64,000 nt of DNA from Octopus vulgaris. Taxonomy: Eukaryota. Shown here one piece after another: positions 1 through 11,439 of the stretch (within the stretch, counting starts at the first letter, position 1; each line of letters begins with the position of its first letter). Under the pieces are notes generated by a model. It searched no databases, had not been told where the DNA came from, and was given only the letters and a program-made list of their open reading frames with translations. The position numbers were made by a program, and so were the translations under genes. The stretch lies in NCBI GenBank assembly GCA_951406725.2, contig OX597823.1:40672001-40736000 (forward strand). The letters are read 5' to 3'.

Positions 1-320
1 TGCTTGAAATGTCTGCAGGAAGTTTTCTGGCTAACTTTTGCCAGTTCTTGGGTAGTTTTACGTGGATCTTTCTCCATTACGGTCCTTAATTGACCGTCAT
101 CGATGACAGATACGCTCACGGTCTTCAAGGCACGGGTCCAGTATGCTTACGATCTTCAAGGCGCAGGTCCACAATGCAAAATCGTTTAAAATAATTTCGA
201 CCTAACCACTTACTGGTCATTTCCTCACCAAAGGTTTTGTGAGCAGTTTCAGCTGCATTATGTCCTTTTTTGAAGTTGAATAGCAAAATTGTTCGAATAT
301 TGCGAATATTCTGGGGAGCT
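1..320 (-). mobile_element. Tc1/mariner transposase relic (N-terminal HTH region), runs off the window start
   Basis: ORF 125..382 gives IRTILLFNFKKGHNAAETA...FGEE...YFKRF...DLRLED. After a stop/frameshift the minus strand continues VIDDGQLRTVMEKDPRKTTQELAKVSQ, typical of the mariner (Mos1/Hsmar-like) DNA-binding domain. Confidence 0.8.
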
Positions 321-1047
321 GTGTGTGTGCGTGCGCGCGCACGTGTGTGGTAGTTTTGGCAACGATCTCCGTCTTTCGACAATGAGAATCTAGCAATTCG
401 ATCAATTGTACTCTGTTTCTTAAAGTGTAAGTGGTTGAGTATTCCACAGACGTGTATACCTTTAATGTAATTCTCAGACAGAATCAGTGAGACTCATGAA
501 AAATGGGTACATTTTTAATTTTTCGTTCACCCAGTTTTATTCATGAAGTATGGGTCAACCGAATGCTATGGATGTTGATCTCAGCTCTAGATATTCTGCA
601 AATGGTTTGAACTAGAGACCTCGTGGTTACGAAACGACGTCATTCACAATCCGGCCGTACAGTGCCTGCGTATATGTACACACACACACGCACACACACA
701 CACACACACTCGCACACTTACCATAGAGCAAATAGACTCAAGGGAATCCAAAATTGTGTCCATATGCGCGTTATGTTTAGTGTAATGAAGCATGGAAGAA
801 ATAAATAACTTTTATCTCTACAACTTTGAGGTTGGCATCAGTTGGCCAATGGCGACAAGTAGAGCAAATGGTAACATACCACTATGCTAGGCTGGACTTC
901 ATGCTGCATGCCAAATATTTGGAATGTTGTTTTATGGCTTGGGCACACCTTCAACTCAACTGGTGCTGCAAGGTCTAGAGATCGCTTCAGCTACTTTGGC
1001 AATCAACACCACTCTTCCTTTTATTGTTAAACAGAAAGGCGGCGAAA

Positions 1048-1447
1048 GGCGGTGAGCCAGCAGAATCGTTAGCACGCTGGACGAAATACTTAGTGGTATT
1101 TCGTCTGCCGTTACGTTGTGAGTTCAAATTCCGCCGAGGTCGACTTTGCCTTTCATCCTTTCGGGGTCGATAAATTAAGTACCAGTTACGCACTGGGGTC
1201 GATGTAATCGACTTAATACCTATGTCTGTCCTTGTTTGTCCCCTCTATGTTTAGCCCCTTGTGGGTAATAAAGAAATAGGTATTTGCCCGTCCTTACGTT
1301 CTGAGTTCAAATTCTGCTGAGGTCGACTTAGCCTTTCATCCTTTCGGGGTCGATAAAATAAATACCAGTTGAACACTGGAGTCGATGTAATCGACTCATC
1401 CCCACCTCCCTCAAGCTGCCCTTGTGGCAAAAATTTGAAGTAGTTAT
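1048..1447 (+). mobile_element. tRNA-headed SINE family A, dimeric copy
   Basis: Head GGCGGTGAGCCAGCAGAATCGTTAGC, B-box-like GAGTTCAAATTCC and core GTCGACTTTGCCTTTCATCCTTTCGGGGTCGATAAATTAAGTACCAG. The body occurs twice with a junction at 1278/1279, and many homologous copies exist elsewhere in the window. Confidence 0.9.
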
Positions 1448-1870
1448 TATACAGATGGCAAAAGGCAACGAGCTGGCAGAATTGTTAGCACGCTGGACAA
1501 AATACTCTGCGGCGTTTAGTCTGTCTACATATCTGTATCTAACGAATATAATAATAGTATGCCACATAAATGAGATACCCCCCAACGAAAGGCTAAATTA
1601 TTTTGTTTGGTTAGATGTGTTATTCCGTACATCACTGACAATGAAATACCGCCAGGGATAGACCTAAATGTATACGCATACGTATACACACACTCACTAA
1701 TACACAAAATTAATTAGCTATAAGCGTATTTTGACAGTGCATTTGTTATATGAGACCATACGTCAGTATCTTATATGTGTTAGTGTGTGTGACTTTTTAT
1801 GTGTCTCTGCTGAATATTTTAACCAGAAGTTAAGGATATTATAAACTGAGGCACCTTAATTGTACATTTA

Positions 1871-1901
<31 letters not shown>

Positions 1902-2007
1902 GTTGTTGATGTTGTTGTTGTTTTTGTTGTTATTGGTGTTTATTATTGTTATTGTTGTTGTTGTTGTTATTAATATTACTATTATTGTTGTTGTTGTTGT
2001 TGTTATT
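1871..2007. repeat. (TTA)n/(TTG)n compound microsatellite
   Basis: Seen directly; flanks the retroelement fragment at 2008-2389. Confidence 0.95.
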
Positions 2008-2386
2008 ATTTCTTCGGAACACATATAGTAGCAGGTCTTCATCACTATTTATCAAATACTCGGCAAGCGTTCTCCTTTCACTCCGTATACAATGGTCTCT
2101 ACTAATTAGTCCTCTGCCATCATTCTTTCTTTTCATATACAGTCTGTTTACGTTTGCTTTAGGGTGTAGCATCCCATGCAGCGTCCTTCTATCTAGTATT
2201 GGAATTTTCTCCTTATTCCATTTGAGGATGGACGCACTATATCTGACCACCGCAACTGCCCAGATATTCATTGCAGTGATCAAATTTTTGGCATTCGGGT
2301 TGAATTTCAACACCATCTTCCTCCTTTTTTTGATACGCCTTGCTGACCTTGACTTTCACTTCTCTGTGTTGAACGTCATTCAGATC

Positions 2387-2389
<3 letters not shown>
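2008..2389 (-). mobile_element. R4/Dong-type non-LTR retrotransposon fragment (copy B), RT C-terminal region, internally deleted
   Basis: Translates MDLNDVQHREVK...NAKNLITAMNIWAVAVVRYSASILKWNKE...HGMLHPKANVNRLYMKRKNDGRGLIS. Near-identical to 4880-5199 and flanked by (TAA)n on its coding strand. Confidence 0.85.
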
Positions 2390-2452
<63 letters not shown>

Positions 2453-2944
2453 CATCATCATCATTTCTTCGTCACACACTGTTGGTAAAAATGCACCGGA
2501 GTCTCTAGTCATCTGTCTAGTCACAATAAGGACCTCAGACAGATAATACTTTCCTTAAGATGTGCGCTGTGCCCAATAAGGCTGCTTTTTGCAAGACATG
2601 AATCTTGTAAGGGATTTTCAGTTGCCTTAAGAAGTTTTGAAGTTTCAATGAGATTGAGCCCAACGCTCCGATCACCACTTGTATCACTTTTACATTAACC
2701 TCTCGCATTCCATACAGTCTTGCCATTTCCACTTTCAATTCGAAGTACTTGGTGATTTTTTCAACCTCTTTCCTCACAATATTCATGTCATTTGGTATGG
2801 ATACATCAATGATGTAGCCATATTTGTTTCTCTTATTCAATATGATAATATCCGGCCGACGGTGTTCGATTATACGATCCGCCTGAAATTCATAGTCCCA
2901 GAGTATCGTTACTTTTCCATCCTCTTGCATAACTTTATTTGGTA

Positions 2945-3340
2945 CTAGCAGTATCGCCCGGCGTTGCTCGGGTTTGTAAGGGAAATAACTATATAAGTAT
3001 TTTTAGAGAGTTATAGCCAAAAAATAGGAAAAAATGCATTAAAAATGGAAAAAAAATTAAAGGTAAATTTTTTTTTAAATCGTTGACACATCGTAGATAT
3101 TTTTAGAGAGTTACTTCCCTTATATAATAGCGAAAAAATGCATTAAAATGGAAAAATATGATGGTAAATTTTTTTAAATCGTAGACTCATCGTAGACGCG
3201 CGCTAATACCCAGAAGGGCTCGATATGACTCACGACTATAAGATACCCGGTTTTGGTTACACTGCACCGCAAAATGTGGGAGTAGTTACGAATCTAAATC
3301 GTAGGAGACAGACACACAACTTCAGTTTTATATATAAAGA
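2945..3340 (-). mobile_element. Inner short Helitron unit with its own 5' end and an internal ~100-bp tandem duplication
   Basis: Second A|TCTTTATATATAAAA 5'-type terminus at 3340, sharing the 3' CTAG at 2945. Duplicated units at ~2999-3098 and ~3099-3196 (ATTTTTAGAGAGTTA...AAATGCATTAAAA...GGTAAATTTTTT...CATCGTAGA). Confidence 0.7.
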
Positions 3341-3448
3341 TATAAGCCACGTAGTTATATACACATACTTTGTTATATACACATTCTTAAAAGAAAATGT
3401 TATTTTGAACACAACATTTATAAAGAATAAAATATTTTTTGGTTTTTC

Positions 3449-3940
3449 TTAACCCTTTCGTTACTATATTTCTGACCAAAATACACCCCTTATGTGTTTC
3501 AATTATTTTCTAACGTAATCATAAATTTAGTCTGGTTTCATTAAACAACAATAACTTTTTTATTTATCAATATATTAATGTGATTTTTGGAAGATAATTT
3601 AATGAAATGTTCTCAACCAATTCTATACTATAATTTTTGTCACAAAGTGACTCTAATTGCAGGTAGATACAGGTAAATTCAACAAAATATAAAATTATTA
3701 AAATTTTGTTCAAACATCGCTATAGAAAATGGGTTATTAGCTAATATTCAGTTGGGTATACAACAAAATTTTACGATAGAATTTGTTATTCTGGGTAACT
3801 TTCTGATACCCATAATAATATTTATGGCAAAATAGGCCTTAATTTCATTTAAGGTTGTGGGAAATAACAAACTATCCTTTCTTTCGTTTTGTTTACATTT
3901 TAGCGTAACAGTTCGTTTCCGCCGTAATGATTTCAAATAG
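3449..3940 (-). mobile_element. piggyBac fragment (one terminus plus transposase remnant) inside the Helitron
   Basis: TTAA|CCCTTTCGTTAC terminus at 3449-3464. ORF 3748..3936 contains PTTLNEIKAYFAINIIMGIRKLPRITN, matching the piggyBac/PGBD E(I/L)xAF(I/L)Gxx(I/L)xMGxxxLP segment. The second TIR was not found. Confidence 0.7.
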
Positions 3941-5199
3941 GCTCATTCGAAAAAGTAAAAAGAAATAGTTTAAGGCTTTACTCTTCTGGGAAAGTCTGTG
4001 GCTTGGTGCAGTTTCTTCAGAAAAATCACCGAAAGAAACAGTTTTTAAATTTTCACTCCATTCAGGTGCCAATTCATTTTCTTAATCGCTGTCGGATTCA
4101 CTGTTTTCACTTTAATCGTTGCAAACTTGCAAAGAGAAAGGAGAAATTAGAGTGATAGCGTCAGTGAAACAGTTCGCTCCGTTTGTGTGTGTGTGCGTTT
4201 GCGTGTGCTGTAGCCCACACTAAGAAAAGCATTTGACATATACACCACAATGTGAGTTTTCTCTAAATTTTGCTTAATTGGGGTTGAAATTTTAAAAACT
4301 GGACCTGGCACGACCCGATGCATTCTACTCTTAAAAATGCTAGGTAAATTGTAATTGAAGAAATCCAATATTGTATATTTCTATAAGATACAAAGGGAGG
4401 CAGATAAAATCTGCCGTTTATAATAAGAGATATACTCATATTTACTCTTTTACTTCATATTGATATGTACGGCATAAGCGCTAATGAAGATACACATTTT
4501 ATCGTGGAGGCGCTTGTATTCTTTTTGCGCAAGGCTCTCACATCCACTTACCAAGTGGGTCATATTTTCCGCACTCTTTCTACAGAGTCTGTATTTCTGA
4601 GTGTCAGAAGTTTTATAGATGCTATACTTCACTGAATTGGTAGCGAGAACTTGGTCTTGTGCAGCAATGATCAGACTTTCGGTGGTATGCTTTAAATCAC
4701 CTCGCTCAAGCCATGCCCACGATGCTGTATTATCTTTAACGTCTTGTGTATTCCTATCAAACTGTCCATGCATTCTCATTTCAAGAAGGTCTTCTTTTCT
4801 CTTCTCCTCGGCTCATTGCTTAAACTCTTCCTTGCTCATCATATCATCTGCATATACACTCATGTCTTTCTCGACATATTGTAGCAGGTCTTCATCACTA
4901 TTTATCAAATGCTTGGCAAGCATTCTCCTTTCACTCCGTATACAATGGTCTATACTAATTAGTTCTCTGCCACCATTCTTTCTTTTCATATACAGTCTGT
5001 TTACGTTTAGTTTAGGGTGCAGCGCTCCATGTAGCGTTATCAACATTTTCGTCCTTCTATCCAGTGTTGATATTTCCTCCTTAGTCCATTTGAGGATGGA
5101 CGCACTATATCTGATCATCGCAACTGCCCAGATATTCATTTGATACGCCTCGCTGACCTTGACTTTCATTTCTCTGTGTAGAATGTCATCCAGATCCAT

Positions 5200-5211
5200 T
5201 ATTATTATTAC

Positions 5212-5286
<75 letters not shown>

Positions 5287-5409
5287 CGACACTCCCTTTC
5301 ATACTTCGGGGTCGATAAATTAAGTACCAGTGAAGCACTGGGGTCGATATAATCGACTTAATCCCCTCCCCAAGCTGCCCTTATGGCAACATTTGAAATA
5401 ATAATGTTG

Positions 5410-5453
<44 letters not shown>

Positions 5454-5542
5454 TGTTGTTGTTGTTGTTATTGTTGTTGTTGTTGTTGTTATCATTATTA
5501 TTATCATTATCATTATTATTATCATCATCATTATTATTATTA

Positions 5543-5588
<46 letters not shown>

Positions 5589-5632
5589 CATCATTATTAT
5601 TATTATTATCATTATCATTATTATTATAATTA
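5200..5632. repeat. (TTA)n/(TAA)n/(TTG)n compound microsatellites around a 3' half copy of SINE A (5294-5399, +)
   Basis: Repeats seen directly; SINE core CTTTCATACTTCGGGGTCGATAAATTAAGTACCAG...GCCCTTATGGCAACATTTGAAA. Confidence 0.85.
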
Positions 5633-5799
5633 TGTATGAATGTATATATAGATCCGTTCTGCAATATCGGTACGTGTCTGTAAATGTGACATGCCTCAGC
5701 TTGTATTTGTATGATTCTGTCTTTCCGTCTGTCTGTAAGTCTATATAGACATTGTAATGTTTAGATTTATAATTGTGATAGCTTCCGGCTAAATTCAGA

Positions 5800-6330
5800 T
5801 TGAAATCTGCTGCAAGAGAAAACCTGAATTCTTAATGTTTAATTGCTGGCTTCTTTCAAATTATAATGATTTCTATTGAAATGGACTTGTTAGCTTTCTA
5901 CACGCTGATTGAGGGAATGCTAAATTGGATTGTAATGAAGGTGAATATCTGTTTCTAATATGTTTCTGTTCGTAGCAAGTCTGGACTGTGGGACGGGATG
6001 GAGGTCGATGTTCGTGATTTTTGGAAAGATGGAGGATTGTGAAGGGAAGGTGTTCTATAGATGATCTATTGTATCGTTGCTATTACTGTTGTTGTTGTTG
6101 TTGTTCGAGCTGGTGTGGGGGTTGTTATCGAAGGTTTTCCTGTCGGGAGATTGGTGCAATTGATAATGTGAAGGCTTGTTGTTGTTGTTGTTGTTGTCTG
6201 AAGGATGATGTCGAAGTGAGGGGAAATGATGGTGATATAGATTGGAGAAAAACATGGTTTTGTCCGTGTTTAGTGCCGGTGAGAGAGATATGTTTGGCAA
6301 AGATCAGGCAGATTTGGAGTGGAGGTTTTG
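5800..6330 (-). pseudogene. Possible highly decayed Penelope-like element remnant
   Basis: Frameshifted minus-strand peptides (NTDKTMFFSNLYHHHFP...NNNK.S.Y.CTNL, later TE...RY..H) resemble the PLE linker (TNIGK.F..LI..HFP...KLSYSC.PN) and GIY-YIG region. Eyeballed and weak. Confidence 0.3.
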
Positions 6331-6535
6331 TTGGTGCTTGGATGAGTTTGTTCGGGATTACGTTAGGATAATGTGAGTGTTTGCATGTATATGCTTGTAT
6401 GTTCTTGTGTGTGTATGTGTGTGTGTGTGTGTGTGTTGCTATTAGAAGACGCATTAGTATTGGTGTCCTTTGAAGAGTGGCAGTATTTTTGACGTGGTTG
6501 TGTTTTCAGACCACTCATATGTATATATATGTATG

Positions 6536-6616
<81 letters not shown>

Positions 6617-8409
6617 TTTATATTCGGTTTACCTCTCATTGCGTGTTTGTGTCTCTGTGCATATGGCTGTGTATGATTATGTATGTGTGTGTGTATATAT
6701 GTATATATATATATATATATATATGGTTATATATATGTATGCACGTATTTATGCTTTCCTCTATATATTTATATTTTCATGTGTCCTCTGTATTTAACTG
6801 TAATTTACTTGTTCTGAGATTTTCTATTGGTTCTTCTTTATATATGCTTTGTGTTGGTTTGCTTGTTAGAAAATACATGCGTGTAAATGTGTGAGAGAGT
6901 GTTGCTGTCGGGGGCGCTTTCTTTTTGTATTACCTTTAAACAAATAATAGTAAATTGGATATTCCAGACCGGAGGTGGAAAGCGTGTATAGTCACCAACA
7001 TGTCCATATTTTCTTGTTTCAGTTGTCTGTGTTTCTTTTATGTTAAAATTTTTGACTGTTGTTGATTCTGTTTTTTGATTATTGTTATTTCACTTGTATT
7101 GATTCGTGCTGTCATTATTACTATTGTTAGTTGGGGAAACAATCCGATATTTTCCGATATTTTGTGGTCAATTCTGTTTCATTATAGACAGGATGAACAG
7201 ACATCAAAAGATCACAATGAATGATTGACCGTCTCAACAACCCAGATATCGCTGCAGTAAGGTTTCGGCAAACCAATTTCGATTCACAGACGATGCAAGT
7301 TTATTTTAGTTGTGAAGCTTAAGGCTGCTGGAATAGACTTGAGCTTTTCAAAGTCCCAAATTTTTTGTTTCTTTTCTCTAAAAGACAGCAATTCTCTGCA
7401 TATTGAGAAAGAAAAGAAAAATAAGTTAAATTGTTGTTGTTAGAACGCTGAAATGAAATAACGTAAAAGGTATTATGTTGGACTCAATGTAGAGCGGTTT
7501 CAAGTTACGATTGTTTAAGTTCCGAGTTCGATTCCAGTTAATGTTGATTTTGCGTTTTATTCTTTAAAAAGATGTTTCAGCCCGAAGGCTGCGGCCATGC
7601 TGGGGCACCATCGCTGAAATTTCTCTTGGTGAATTTTCAGTAAATATCAGTTAAACAATACGTTCAGTTTAAAAGGGCCTCTGACAGGTCTCCGTTGTTC
7701 AATGAATTGAATTATATGCTCCTGAATTAAAATGTAGGTGAGGGAGTATTCTGTAGGTGCATGTGTTCCTAACATAATTCCCAGGTAGAATCGGTTTGAC
7801 ACAGTATGTGACAAGGAACCTATATCTTTTGAGTTGCAGGTAGAAATCTCTCTGACAGACCTTTTCAAAATTTCTGTCTACCTAATTTCACTCACGAGAT
7901 TACAGTCGACCTAAGACTACAGAAAACAACTCTTGTTCAATATATTATTGAATGGGATAAACCCAAAAAGTTGTTGCGAAAGAAACAGTTGGACCATTCG
8001 GCTTCACTGAGCCTGTCTGCTGGTTTGTTCTTTCCTGTAAAATATATAACCCTATCTAGTATAGTTATGAGAAATTTCCATTGTAATAATTAAAAGCAGA
8101 AACGGTTGAGTGCCAGCATAATGTCTGTCGTTAGTCCATTGGTATTCTATGGTATTCTCAGCCCCGACGCATCTTCCTCGTTCCTTTTCCTTTTTCGTGC
8201 TGGTTCGTACACCAGTCTGTCCCTGTTAGTTTCTAGTAACAGAAGGTTTTCTTTTTTCTTGCGAGAAATGATCGCCAGAGTCTTCGTTCAACGCTTTTAC
8301 ATACCTGGAAAGATGGAAACAGTGTAGATGGGCCCGCGATGCATCTCATGGTGCAGCGGAGTCGATTTCGCAAGAGCGGGAGAGTGACTGAGTTTGTACT
8401 TGAGTGAAT

Positions 8410-8413
<4 letters not shown>

Positions 8414-8456
<43 letters not shown>

Positions 8457-8537
8457 AGAAAGAGAAAGAGAGAGAGAGGAAGAAAGAGAGAGAGAGAGAG
8501 AGAAAGAGCGAGAGAGAGCGAGAGCGAGAGAGAGAGA
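8414..8537. repeat. (GA)n microsatellite
   Basis: Seen directly; explains the poly-RE/poly-SL ORFs. Confidence 0.95.
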
Positions 8538-9265
8538 GCTAGGCGATCTTACTGAATGGCACATTCAGAAATTAGTAAGGAAGAAAGTAAAATGGTCCTC
8601 CGTGGCGTTTGAACTCAAATCATGCAGAAACGAAACTAATAGGGCAAGATATTCTATCCCCGATGCACTGAAGGGTCCGCCAATTCCCCTCGTATGTTTC
8701 CATTTAGGAGACAATCTAAGTACCAGTCATATACTAGAAGGAGATGATACCATCGCCTGTACTACTGTCATAAATATTGCAGTGTTGCTATAATGTTATA
8801 AAGTCAGAAACCCTTATATATATGATGGATGTTTATGCTGTCTCCTTTGTAATGATGTCTGTGGCAATTACTATTAGTGTTGTTTGTTGCAACGATGTTG
8901 TTGTTGTAGTTGATTCTATTGCTATTGGCGTCATACGATGTTTCCTACTGCTACAATTGTCTTTCAGCAAATGGAGAAAACGACTTTTATTTCGATATAT
9001 GAGAGCGCACTTACAAGCGGGAAACCCCCCCACACACACACACGCACGCACGCGCACACACACACACACATACACACACACATACGGAGCAGAGCTAAGT
9101 AAACAAAAGGAAATGATTTCTTTCTCTTTTTCTTCGTGTATTCATGTGTGTGGGATAAAATATATAGTTTGTATATGTAGGTTATATAATGCGGGTACAC
9201 ACGAGGAATGCCTATGTAGAAATGTACGCATATCATTGTGCACACACACACACAAACACAAACAC

Positions 9266-9321
<56 letters not shown>

Positions 9322-9355
9322 CCATATATACATACACACACTCACAAACACACAC

Positions 9356-9390
<35 letters not shown>

Positions 9391-9441
9391 TGTAAAATAC
9401 GAACGCATGCATTCGTATTTACGTTTAGTTACTGACATCTT

Positions 9442-9482
<41 letters not shown>

Positions 9483-9976
9483 ATCAATCATACACATTCA
9501 GTCTCATACATATGCATACACTCATTCTCTGACACACATATGTAAGTGTCGATATGCGTATGTGGTATGTGTGTGTGCGTAATTGTATTTTATGCACTTA
9601 TGTGTGCATTTATTAAGTTCAAGATTCTTAGAGAAAACTGCAACGTTATACTTCCCTTTGTCTTTAACTCAAGCTCATTCTTTAACATTCCATCTTCTGA
9701 GGAAATGCATCTATACAGGAAGTATAGATAATTACAAACATGGTTCTGTCTAACTTATCTATCTCTGTACGTACGTACGTATGTATGTATGCATGTATGT
9801 ATGTATGTATGTATGTATGTATGTATGTATGTATGTATATGCGTGTATATATATACGTACGCATGTATCTATTTGTTTTATTTATATATCTATCTTATCT
9901 ATCTACTATATCTATTTACTTTCTCATATATATGATATATATATATATATATACATAATACACACACACACACACA

Positions 9977-10038
<62 letters not shown>

Positions 10039-10639
10039 GATATATATATATGTATTGTACATATATATACATATATATACAATTCTTATTTTTCTTTATA
10101 TTTTGTTTTCTTCAGTTTGTTATTTGCATATTTCTCTGTTATCTCCGTTGTTACATTATTACACTTATTAGTGTATTTTCTCTCCCCCATATTTTATAAA
10201 ATTTCTGTGCACGATTTTTAGTAACACCTGTAAGTTTGAGAGGGGTTTTGCGCTTCACTGCAATCAGGTCTACTCTGGGCCGAGTTGGTAGTATCAGAAT
10301 TATAGAACAAATAGTTGAAGATAGTCCAGTGTCAATGACAAACCTTACTTAGAGGTGGGATGGTTCCGACATATTGGCTATACAGTTCCACCGATGAGTA
10401 AACATGCTTTTAAGTCACAGGAATCAATCAGCCACCCTACAGATTACATAGACCCTGTGCATCAAACGTAAGACCTGTAGAGAAGGGGGAAGAAGAATGT
10501 CTGGGATCCAGAGGCTGGAATGTGTCCGCGAGTGACTGAATAGAAATGTTAAAATCGTTGCGATGATCATAGCTGGAATACTTGCGATCAAAAACTTTAA
10601 TCGGTCAGTGTTTGACCGGGGAGAAGAGCAAACAACAAC

Positions 10640-10644
10640 AGTAG

Positions 10645-10738
<94 letters not shown>

Positions 10739-10754
10739 ACTACTGCTGCTGCTG

Positions 10755-10821
<67 letters not shown>

Positions 10822-10836
10822 AGCAGTAGCAGCAGC
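10640..10836. repeat. (CTA)n/(CTG)n compound microsatellite
   Basis: Seen directly; explains the poly-S/V/L ORFs. Confidence 0.95.
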
Positions 10837-11295
10837 AAAATATAATGTGTGGTCTTGTGTCTGGAGTGGAAGATTCCACAGTAATTGGCAAGATGCAACG
10901 TACCTCTCCATACTGGATTCAAATCCCTTAGGGGGAATGACTTTCACTTATATCTTCGCATACTCGCTTAAAATAAATTTTCAAGACATGCACAGATTTT
11001 GCAGAACAGATTTAATCTGTTTAATGTTACGAAAGTTGGTGCTAAACTCCGTTCTAATGCATCATTGAATTTTAGATTACGTATTTATAATTATTTTTTT
11101 GAATAGTGATTGGTTAATTTTATGTCGACCAAATGAAATTGACCATATATCACCAGGAGTAGATTAGAATGCTGTGTAGAATAATGATTTCAGACTAATT
11201 AAGTCTGGATGGTCAATTAGGGTGAATTATTGTTTATCACTCAAGTCAAGTTCATTTTGAAAATGCCGGAATGTGAAGTAACAGATGTTTGTAGC

Positions 11296-11439
11296 GCATA
11301 AAACATTGAAAACTAATCAATTAATTAGTTAAGTATGCATTATACAGTGTTTATTGAATAATCTGAAATTAAATTTGGGTATCTCTAAAACTGTTGCTCC
11401 ACTGCAAAATGTATACAAGTGTGAAAAATATTTATATCC
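11296..11439 (+). repeat. Dispersed repeat (possibly a DNA-transposon end) with an inverted homologue at 13786-13911
   Basis: GCATAAAACATTGAAAACTA...TTAATTAGTTAA.TATGCA.TATACAG...CTGC.AAATGTATACAAGTGT...TTATATCC matches the reverse complement of 13786-13911. Confidence 0.7.

Larger units (their letters stand above)
2945..4430 (-). mobile_element. Non-autonomous composite Helitron
   Basis: On the minus strand it begins A|TCTCTTATTATAAA (4430) and ends GC-rich hairpin CCCGAGCAACGCCGGG (2972-2957) + 8 nt + CTAG|T (2945). There is no TSD, and removing it rejoins the host LINE frame as YEYIPNKVMQEDGK. Confidence 0.9.
2463..5199 (-). mobile_element. R4/Dong-type (RLE-class) non-LTR retrotransposon, 5'-truncated (copy A), interrupted by a Helitron at 2945-4430
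   Basis: In order on the minus strand: RT C-terminus (RLYMKRKNGGRELIS), MHGQF and ESLIIAAQDQVLAT, degenerate CCHC knuckle (YRLCRKSAENMTHLVSGC), RLE endonuclease (ILWDYEFQADRIIEHRRPDIII...IIDVSIP...KITKY...VIGALG...LQKAALLGTAHILRKVL*, 2535-2930), short 3' UTR, then a (TGA/TAA)n tail. Confidence 0.92.

Noticed and set aside
7188-7257. Possible + strand exon (TTATAG|...|GTAAGG)
   Set aside because: It has stops in all three frames and weak splice signals; it cannot be supported without transcripts.
8777-9532. 251-aa ORF and the many similar YIYI/HTHT/CVCV/poly-I/L/N ORFs (e.g. 36953-37711, 59136-59954)
   Set aside because: They are translations of stop-free microsatellites, open in several frames and on both strands, with no domain content.
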